Translations under genes and position numbers: made by a program
The notes under the pieces: generated by a model
What the model was told of the DNA's origin: nothing
Seen by the model: only the letters and a program-made list of their open reading frames with translations
The model's database searches: none
Shown: in pieces, positions 54,946-64,000 of the stretch
Position numbering within the stretch: the first letter of the stretch is position 1
How the letters are laid out: every line of letters begins with the position of its first letter
Assembly: GCF_009914755.1 (NCBI RefSeq)
Contig: NC_060935.1
Origin: the human T2T-CHM13v2.0 reference genome, Homo sapiens
Reading direction: 5' to 3' (one strand)
DNA length: 64,000 bases

Positions 54946-56586
54946 GGTGTTCACAAATGAGTCAAGGTCATTATCATCATCATCATCACTATTATTAGTC
55001 CTAAATGATGGAAGTGTTATTGTATTGGGTAAAAAAAAAAATCTGCAGAATGATTCCTATTCATTTTTATATCTAATAGAATAATGCCATTTTTTGGTCC
55101 TTTGTCTTTGATCTGGTGCTTGCTCTCAGCAATCGTTTCCACACTATATATCCATAATGAATATTATAATATGAGAGATTTCCTTTTTTTGATGTCTACC
55201 ATATTCTAGTAAGAGAATCTACTTCTCAGACCTCAGTATGCTGCTGGAGGGAATTGGGTGGGAAGGTGTTATCTTAATTTTACCAACAAGAAAAATCTGT
55301 CCCAGGCCAGAGACCCTCTTCTCTTCTTTCACTCTGCCCCCAACAAAAGGCTAGGAGACAGAGCAAATGAGGTGCTGGTGCCACATTCCACATGGTGCGA
55401 GATGCTTCATTGAGTGACTGTGGGCAGCGTCCTTTTAAATGGTCCACTAAACAGGGCAGTAACTGGCACATGCCTTGTCTGAGGACTGGAGACTTACCTG
55501 GAAGTTCCCAAAGCAATGGCATGATCTCCAATGCTACACATTCTTTTAGGTTGTCCCCAAAGATGCCTGTGTTGCAGATTTGGTTCAGAATATTTCTCCT
55601 TCTGTCCTGAGGCCACTTTCGTAGCCAACTCTTACATCAGCCTGACTTGCTGTGAGAGCATTCTGTTTGTGAAACCTAACCTGGGGACAATCCCTATCCA
55701 GTTTTCTAGGGAATCGCTTGAACCATTCTGAATTCACCTGGGGGTGTTGTCCACTCCCACCTAGCATTCTGCCTCAATCCAACTATGATGATGTGGGGTT
55801 TTGCAAATGTGACTTTGTCAAAATTCCTGCTCTTGAACATGGTGGTACCCCAACCTGATCATAACCCATTGACTTTGCAGTTCTCAAAGCATGTTTAAAG
55901 GCCAAATTTTAAACAGGCAAGTCATATTGGAAGACAGTATTGCCCATAGTACAGCAGGTACTAAATCTTTTCAAAAACAATCACCATTCACCAACTTCTT
56001 CCAACCTTCCAAAATAAAGATGGGGGAGACAAATATAATTGATGACAATTTATTTTTTGGTTAAATGTATGCCTTTGGTTGATAACCCCTAAATTATCTT
56101 GCCCACTTGTAGCAACAACTATCCAAGTGTGGCATATGTTTATAGGTAAATAAGGACTGTAAAACATACCACAAGAACACTCAATTCCTGGAACATCAAA
56201 ACAGCTCAAGTGTATCACTATGCATTAGGCTAACTGAGAGATGGAAATAGATTAAATGGAATGGAAATGTTTCCACTTTGAAATATTAACGTCGTAATTA
56301 CCATGCCCTGAGCTTTATTTACCATGCTCTAGGGCTACCCCCCAAAATATCACTCCTTTACAACACTCTCCTCCTAAAGGCTTCTGGGCTCTGGTAAAAT
56401 CAGGGCTATCATCACAGCAGTCCTGCTAGATGAGGAATCCTCCCAGGTGCCTTAGAATTATTAGCTCTTCATCCACTTAGTAAGCTGCCCCCTTCCCCAA
56501 ACATAGGATTGACAATTTCAGGAAATTAAATGATAAATATTACTAAAATGACCTTTAGCACAGTGCCAGCTGAGTAAATGCCAATA

Positions 56587-56789
56587 TTACATCTTGTTGA
56601 TCAGAAGCCTGGAAAGCCATGATTATCAGGCGGCTTATGAGGTGGTATCCCCAGAGAGCTCTAGGCCAGACAGGGACGCTCAGGACCCAAAGCAGAGGCA
56701 GGAAGCTCTGTCAATCATTCATGGGCCGGATGAAAAATGCTTATGTCACCATGTGGGGAAAGCAGAACACAAACTGTATGCATAGCGTG
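56587..56789 (+). repeat. Local direct duplication, copy 1 (about 200 bp)
   Basis: About 96% identical to 58024-58246. Confidence 0.97.
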
Positions 56790-56862
56790 ATCACAGAGTA
56801 CCAAATTATGCCTTTGTAAGAAGCTGCATTCAAAAAACTAATGTGGGTAGTGAGGCTAAGCG

Positions 56863-57085
56863 TTCCTTCCCTCCTTCCCTTCCTCCCTTCCTGCCTGCCT
56901 GCCTTCCTTCCCTCCTGCCTGCCTTCCTTCTTTCTTCCCTTCTCCTTCCCTCCCTCCCTTGCCTCCCTTGCCTCCCTCCCTCTCTCCCTCCTTCCCTCTT
57001 CCTTCCCTCTTCCTTTCCTTTCCTTTTTTTCCTTCCTGACCTCTAACTTCCTAACTTCTTAGCTTCCTCTCTCCCTCCTTCCTGC
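56863..57085. repeat. Polypyrimidine low-complexity tract (CCTT/CCTG/CCCT)n
   Basis: About 220 bp almost purine-free on the + strand. Confidence 0.95.
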
Positions 57086-57150
57086 CATTCATTCAATAAA
57101 TACTAACTGAACAACCACTATGGGCCAGGCACGGAGCTAGATACTGATGA
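57086..57150 (-). mobile_element. L2 tail
   Basis: 'cattcattcaataaatactaactgaacaaccactatgggccaggcac'. Confidence 0.75.
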
Positions 57151-57255
57151 TAGTGTAGTAAAAACGAAAAACACCTTTATTTTTTATTATATTTTTGCAA
57201 ACTTTTTTTTAAGTAAAAAGGCATTTTTTTTTTTTTGGCATAAGAATAAATCTAT

Positions 57256-57538
57256 GGCTAGGCATGGTGGCTCATGCCTGTAATCTCAGCACTTTGGGAG
57301 GCTGAGTGGAAGGATCACTTGAGGCCAATAGTTCAAGACCAGTCTGGGCAACATAGCAAGACCCCATCTGTACAAAGAAAAAATAAATTAGCTGTGCATG
57401 GTGTTGCATACCTGTAGTCCTAGCTACTTGGGAGGCTGAGGCAGGAGGATTCTTTGAACTTAGGAAGTTGAGGTTGCAGTAAGCTATGATTGCACCACTG
57501 CACTCCAGCCTGGGTGATAGACTAAGGCACTAAAAAAA
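57256..57538 (+). mobile_element. AluJ
   Basis: 'ggatcacttgaggcca..agttcaagaccagtctgggcaacatagcaagacccc'; TSD-like aagaataaatc / aagaatgaatc. Confidence 0.9.
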
Positions 57539-57619
57539 GAATGAATCCAGTATTAAACATAACTGGTTGTAAAACTCTACAGGATAATATGAACAGCAAT
57601 GGGATAACTGATGCTATTA

Positions 57620-57870
57620 AGGAATTCTTACACATCATCCAGATTTTGTTTTTTTTTAAAAGGTGGGGAAATCTTTTTTTGAGATACACACTAAAGTATT
57701 TACAGAGGAAATAATAGGATGTCTTGGAATTTGACTCAAAATAATCCAATGACCAGATATTGATCATTGTTGAAGCTGGGTGGTGAATACATGAGGAGGT
57801 TATTACAGTCACTTCTAGTTTTGCATAAGCTTGAAATTTTCCAATAAAAGTAAAACAAAACAAAAGCATA
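57620..57870 (+). mobile_element. Old L1M 3'-end fragment
   Basis: 'gagatacacactaaagtatttacagaggaaat..gatgtcttggaatttg..ttgttgaagctgggtggtg..tacatgagg...ttgaaattttccaataaaa'. Confidence 0.75.
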
Positions 57871-58023
57871 AAAGTCTCATAAAAATTAATAGAACAAGTC
57901 TGCTGGGAAGTGCTGAGGTCGAAGGGGGGAGGGTGAGAATAGGGGCAATGGGTAAAGAAAAGCAGGGCAGTTACCTAGAGAGAAGGAAAACTGCAGATCA
58001 GACTTTTAAAAAACTTTTAAAAG

Positions 58024-58246
58024 TTACATCTTGTTGATCAGAGGCCTGGAAAGCCATGATTATCAGGCAGCTTATGAGGTGGTATCCCCAGAGAGCTCTG
58101 GGCCAGACAGGGATGCTCTGGGCCAGACAGGGATGCTCAGGACCCGAAGCAGAGGCAGGAAGCTCTGTCAATCGTTCATGGGCCGGATGAAAAATGCTTA
58201 TGTCACCATGTGGGGAAAGCAGGACACAAACTGTATGCATGGCATG
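58024..58246 (+). repeat. Local direct duplication, copy 2, with a 20-bp internal tandem duplication
   Basis: Matches 56587-56789; gctctgggccagacagggat x2 at 58095-58134. Confidence 0.97.
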
Positions 58247-59749
58247 TACAGTTGATAACCTCCAACTGTATCCTTACTTAGATAAAAGTTATCATCAGCA
58301 TCAAAGTCTCTTCAGACACAAAGAACATCCCTCCTCTATTCATTACAGAGCCACAGCCTCTTCCTCAGTGGGTCCCTATGGTACTTTGTGCAGTTGGATA
58401 ATATTTATTCTGCTTTATTATAGTTCATTTATGTGTCTGACTTCTCCATTAATTCCATGAGCAAGAGCTACATATTCTCATTTCCAAATCCCAGTTTCTC
58501 ATACTGGGCTGGGCATACAACAAATGCTTGTTAAACTGATTTCAAAAATTTCTTGTACAATTCATAAGTTTCAGAATGTTTTCCCTAAAATCCTAATAAT
58601 GTATGTGATCAGGCAGAAAGAAAGAATATATGAATGAAATAGAAAGGCACATGACATTTCTTCCCACTCAGGATCAGCGTGTTGATTCTGTTCACATAGG
58701 GAACCTCTCCCTCCTCAGTTGGAGTAGGAATTTATCTTTGATCAAGCTTGTCATCAATGGTATGACCAAGAAGCACGCAAGATGGTGCTGCACCAACCAT
58801 ATTCCTTCCTTCAAAATCAAGGATATAAAATCAGGCTGAAAATTGTCATTTGTGCCAGGAGATATCACTTCAACTACAAAAGCATATCCCAGTGACAATG
58901 ATGGAGCTAAATGCCTCTGTTTGGTATTTTAATAGACTGTCAGAGTTTTAGCCGTGTGAATTACCAATTCTCTCGAGACTTTATTTAAGGGTAACTTTAT
59001 GGATGAGCAGGCTATAAATAAGACCTTCTTGTTATATACTGAGCGATCATCTTAAAGTGAAGAGGGGAATTTCTTAAATTTAACCCACAACTACAATGCA
59101 AAATGTGTTGTAGAAATATCAACCCATCATGTCTCAGAATGTACTAAAAACTGTCTCTGAATGATCTCTTCCTGCCCTGCCCACAATGCCCTAAGCCTGT
59201 GATACAGCAGACCAAATGTGCATTATTACAGACTGGTCATATTACAGAGCTCCATGTGACTGTCCATGTCTGATGCCTAGCAATTATCATGCAACCTGTG
59301 ACAATGTAGTGAGATGATGCTGGTAGCATTGGCCTTAGAACCCAGATGTCAGGTCCAGATGATATTTAAGAGGATTATGCTAGACTTTTGGAATGACATG
59401 GGTGAAGGTATGAGATCCAGCAGGCATAATATCAGTGCCACCCCTCTGCAGAAATTGGGGAAGTTTGAGAGGCTGAACTCAGGGATCATCCCCCGATCTC
59501 TGGTGTCTTTAGCTGGAAAGGGATCCTTTGTGCTTATTGCAGTAAACGTAACTTGTGTCAGATTCATGATTTTAGAGTGTTCATTCTTACCAGCCTCAAA
59601 TACAGTTCTCTGCTGGACTAGTTCATGTCCCTACCACAATGTCAGATAATTATTTTTTAAGTATGAACTAAATTCATCATCAGCTCCAAACCCTTCAATG
59701 AATCCTCATCCATCGAGCAAGTTTTCCTAGGTTCTAATACGTGTATCTT

Positions 59750-59930
59750 CTCTTCACCCCTTAGACTTAGTTTTGTCACACTCCCAGTGTTGCTAGTCTC
59801 TGGGGGCTTCAGCACTGCTTCTTGAGTCCCTGTCCTTATCCACACCTTTGTAAATAGTCCATTCATTGAACTCTTCAGTCACCCCTTTTGAGAGTGCTGT
59901 CTATTTCCTGCAGAGACCCTGAATGGCACA
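59750..59930 (+). mobile_element. Old ERVL LTR 3' end (LTR33-like)
   Basis: 'cacacctttgtaaatagtccattcattgaactcttca...gagagtgctgtctatttcctgc..agaccctga'. Confidence 0.65.
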
Positions 59931-60054
59931 AATAGACTACTTTGAAAAGAAGAAGAAAGAAAGTACAGTTGCTTTTCCAGATAGCAAGATATGTTATTTA
60001 AACCGTGTGTTATAGATGGAAAATAAATATCGCAACAGAAAAAAAAAATACAGA

Positions 60055-60180
60055 GACTATGTATCTGTGGGATTTCAAATATGCTGGAAGTGGCAGTCAA
60101 ATCAATAGGAGGAAAGAATAGACTATTCAGTAAATGGTGTCAGGACAATTTGGTTAGTCACGTAGCAGAATAAAACCTGT
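60055..60180 (+). mobile_element. Old L1 ORF2-region fragment
   Basis: 'ggaaagaatagactattcagtaaatggtgtcaggacaat'. Confidence 0.6.
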
Positions 60181-60904
60181 ATCATAGAAATGCAAGTAAC
60201 ATATGTTTACTTACAAGTCCAGTCTAAAAACTAGGCCCTGTGTGCCTCAACACAGTACATATTTGTGACAAGTATCAGATGTTGGAGCAATATCATATGT
60301 ATCTCGGGAGGCCTTCTGGATGAGATTCTTGCATCCAGTTAGGAAAAAGGGTTGTTCCAATTGAGAGATGAAGAAATAGAGACCAAGACTGATAAAATGG
60401 CTTGTCCAAGTTCATATAAGTAGCAAAAGAGATACAATCAGTAGAACCTGGTCTTACACATCTTTAAGCTTGAAGGTAAGATGTGTAACTGCTGAGTTTT
60501 GCACCATTTCACCTCACTTCCCAATTTCAGGTGCAGAGGCTTGAACACAATGAGCGCAGACAGCTGCTGCATGTCAGCAGAGGGGGAAATAATACCTGTT
60601 CATCAGGGAGCTAATTCTGCAAAATGCACCATCTAATAGGTACCGTATACACGGAAATAGGATGCTCTAATCAGTGGGAAGGCAGGAACTGCAATCTATC
60701 CCTCATGGACCTAAAATATAATGGAGCTAAATTGAAGGTTTTATGATGCACAGAGCACTTTACTTGGAAGACTGATGCTTTTCCAGGCAAGGTGTTCATT
60801 TCCAGAACAAGTTCCCACACTCTCTGACATCCAATCCTGGGGAACAACGGGAACTGAACAAAGCAATGCCTGGGGCAGCTCATCAGTATTTATAGAGCCT
60901 GTGG

Positions 60905-61145
60905 GAGACAGTACAGCGCAGAGGCTAAGAGCACAGATTTAGAAGCCAGCCAGACCTAGGTTCAAGTCCTATTCTACTATTTTTGTAGCTCTGTGACCCT
61001 GGGTAAGTCTCTCAACCTCTCTGAACCTGTTCTTTCACCAGTAAGAGAAGCATGATAGTCTACCATGGGAGTGTTGGAGGATTAAATGAAATTAACATAG
61101 ACAAAATGCTTACAAATACGTAGCAGTCAATGAGCTTTAACCGTT
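60905..61145 (+). mobile_element. MIR, near full length
   Basis: 'ggctaagagcacagatt...agacctaggttcaagtcc...gctctgtgaccctgggtaagt..caacctctctgaacc'. Confidence 0.9.
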
Positions 61146-61719
61146 ATTTTTAGACTGATTTTCTGGTGTGGCCCACCTTCTTGTTCCAAAGAATATTCCT
61201 GGGAGAGAGCTCTAAGATGTCAGCAGTGGCAATAATGTTGGAACAAGCACATTGCCTGACTGGCGATTAGTCTGACGTGGATGACAAGCAGATCATTGGA
61301 CACTGACTCACACAGGTGGATTGCAACTCCTGATATGTTTTGTTGGCTAGTACAGTTGCTTTTTTCTTTTAATTAAATTAACTGAAAATATATGAAAATA
61401 ATAAAACTTTACATTAAAAATCTAGATTTCCAGTTTCTCTTGGAACAATAAAAGGTATAATGACAAAACACTCACCTTCCTTTCTGACCACAAGGTGCTG
61501 CAGTTCAGCGGCAGCTGCCCCTTTTAGGGCAATTGCTGTGTGTTCTCCATTCCCATCCAGCCCACTTGCTCCATCTGCCCAATTCCTACAGGCATTTAAG
61601 TTTAGAACTCATCCTTGGGAGGTTTTCTCCCAACCGGAATGTAAAAAAATGTGGAACTGGGAAAGGTATTACATTATCAGAAAATAACCTGCGATGTAAT
61701 AACTATGGAATTTGACTAA

Positions 61720-61920
61720 CCTGAGTTTGACTTGTGGCTGTGCCACTTCCCAGCTGTGTGGTATCGGTGCAGTCTGTTGTGACTATCCGCTGTCTCTGAA
61801 ACTCACGTTTCCTCATCTGATAAATGGGGATGAAACACTTATCTCCCAGAGGCAATGTGAGGGTTACATGAGACAATGTGTGTAAAGTGTCCAGCACAGA
61901 GTCTGGCCAGTGCAGATTTT
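61720..61920 (+). mobile_element. MIR
   Basis: 'tttcctcatctgataaatggggatga...tgtgagggttacatgagacaatgtgtgtaaagtgtccagcacag'. Confidence 0.85.
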
Positions 61921-62859
61921 CATATGATATAATTATCATAGTAATTCTTTTGGAAAAGATTGAGCTGGGGGACCAAAGTTATGAATAAACTAATAAAATG
62001 TCTTCATGTTGTTTTACTAAATGATACTAAAAATAATAGATTGCACATACTTAGGAAAAAATCTATTTTATCCATCTAATTTTTATGTAGTATATCCTAT
62101 ACATTTCATCTCATACACCAATCTTTGCTACTTAGAAGCACTTTGGGATTTCCTTCCTTTATTGTTTCAGTGAAATGACCGTGACTTTGTTGGCTTGGTT
62201 GCAAGTGACACATAAGCTGAAAGAATTTTTTCTGGGTCTGGTCCTTCAACTTAATGTTCAATTACTTTGATGTTTTCACTTGGAGCTGTTGGCTCTCACC
62301 TTCTGAATGCCATCATATTCCCAGAGATGAATGGTTACTTTGCTGATCGAGATGGAAAAATGCTTTGGGTGACCCTTATTTTACCTAAGTTACATCATTG
62401 AGGAGATACTGTCTATGAAAAGAAAAGATGAATAATCTTAGCTCTGTCATGGAAACTATTCATTAAACACACACATGCTCCATAACCGCATGTGCCAGAG
62501 CCTGTACCTGATGGGCACTGGAGAGGAAGCAGTGAATACGACAGACACATGCACCTTCCTTAAATCTCAGCACCCCCCGGCCCAATGGGCCTGCCATGGA
62601 TGACAAGGCCTGGAGGAAAGGGTTCCTCTGTAGTCTCTCTCTCCTCTTGTTCCCTCATAATCTCACTATTTTTTCCCTGCCCAAGTCTGATTCCCTTTCC
62701 CCAAAACCCCCAGATGTCTCCATCAGAAGGTGGCTCCAAAATTCATGTAGCTCTACCTAAAATCTCCGTAGGTATGGGAAAGCTATGGTAAAAATCTGAA
62801 TGAGGCCAATTTATTAGTGGGCAATGAAATATTATATGATATTATTTAACAATGAAAAC

Positions 62860-63075
62860 AAAAAATAATGAGCACTTATTAAACATCTGTTACATGACAT
62901 CTGCACTATCTAATTTAATCCAGTAACTCTTTGAAGTATTTTCATCCTAATTTTACAACAAGAAAACTGAGGCTTCTATCACACTGAGGCCCCAAGTTAC
63001 ACATCTGTAAATGCCACAGTGACAGTTTAACCCCAGCCCAGTCTAACACTCATGCCTGTGGTCCTGTCTACTGTA
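62860..63075 (-). mobile_element. MIR
   Basis: 'cctaattttacaacaagaaaactgaggct...cccaagttacaca'. Confidence 0.75.
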
Positions 63076-63829
63076 CTATTTGTCCTACATTTGCTTTAAA
63101 TATCAGTCTTCATAATTTACCACTTTGTAAATCTCTTTTCTCAAGTGCATTTGATAGGGATAATCAAAATTAGCTAGAGGAATTTACAGTACAACAGATA
63201 CATTGCTTTTTCTTTAAAATTTAGTTGTTTTTATGAAGAAAGCAAAAACTGTTGGGAGACATGTTTCAAAATCTTACTAATGAGGTATTTACCTGATAAT
63301 CCACAATGGCTTTGATTGCGAGGATAAATATGTGATTGCCACTCAGACTTTCAGGAAAATATATGTAATTACAAGGATTTAGCAAAGTATAAATAGAAAA
63401 TTGTTTTCCAACTCCTGGCACTAAAAATTGCAGCCCCAAGAGGCTTTGAGCTGGGATAAGCACTATATCTACCCCAAAATACCCATTACACATTAGGTAA
63501 GTGTCCCTTTGTTGTGACAACTTTCTTCCTAAAGAATAAAGAGTTTGCTGGTCTTTGATGAAGGAAAATCCCAGCCCATGGGCCCTTCCTCCTCCTTAGG
63601 CCCATCATAGCCCCTAAAAAATCAGACAGCCGAAAAGCTCCCAGTAGCAACTGTATTATGAATGATTCCAGGATCTTTTAATTGGGAGGTTCTGAAATCA
63701 AGAGATTTTTAAAATAACCAAGTCCCTGGGTGTTAAAATCCTACCAGAGACAGAAGGCAAATACCCACAAGAGGCTGACCCCTGCTGCCTTCTGACCAGC
63801 CTTCTCTAAATCCCATTGTCTATTCCAGA

Positions 63830-63960
63830 AACATTTTTGCCAAGCTCTGGGCCAGGCGCTGAGGACACAATGATGAACATGACAGCCACAGCTACTGCCC
63901 TTTGGAGCTTACACTGCAGTGGGGAGACAGGCATGAGCATCTGACTACTGCATAGGTTAG
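63830..63960 (-). mobile_element. L2 3' region
   Basis: 'gggccaggcgctgaggacacaatgatgaaca...ctgccctttggagcttacactgcagtggggagacag'. Confidence 0.7.
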
Positions 63961-64000
63961 TGTTCTACCATGACAGCAACAGGCACAGAGGGAAGCAGGA

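Noticed and set aside
55492-55500. Perfect minus-strand donor CAG|GTAAGT
   Set aside because: No convincing acceptor within normal exon distance; isolated matches are expected by chance
56594-58255. Paralogous ORFs (MLIRSLESHDY.. / MLIRGLESHDY..) as a duplicated gene or LTR pair
   Set aside because: Similarity just reflects the DNA duplication; the frame is broken by the 20-bp insertion; no TG..CA termini, TSD or internal retroviral sequence
60570-60590. CTCF motif (cagcagaggggg); also caggtggcag near 42525
   Set aside because: Partial matches that miss key positions

Overview
Human (primate) non-coding genomic DNA, most likely a long intron or intergenic interval. An AluYb8, a human-specific subfamily, indicates human origin. 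I cannot identify the locus or host gene. None of the short ORFs (max 172 aa) resembles a protein I recognise, and many are read through Alu, MIR or simple repeats. I see no tRNA, rRNA, snRNA, CRISPR or CpG island. The window is dominated by old mammalian repeats: about 55-60 MIR fragments, many L2 pieces, hAT/Tigger MER elements and MaLR/ERVL solo LTRs, with only six Alus and very little L1. Most notable: (1) a ~200-bp non-tandem local duplication whose differences are all transitions, with a G/A bias; (2) a MADE1 with an internal duplication that lengthens its hairpin, nested in a hAT element; (3) an exon-like segment followed by a CpG/G-rich patch; (4) a young AluYb8; (5) an LTR47-like solo LTR with retained promoter motifs and an Alu inserted just after its TATA box. 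I found no convincing novel biological system. Subfamily names are from recalled consensus sequences, and the boundaries of old repeats are approximate.
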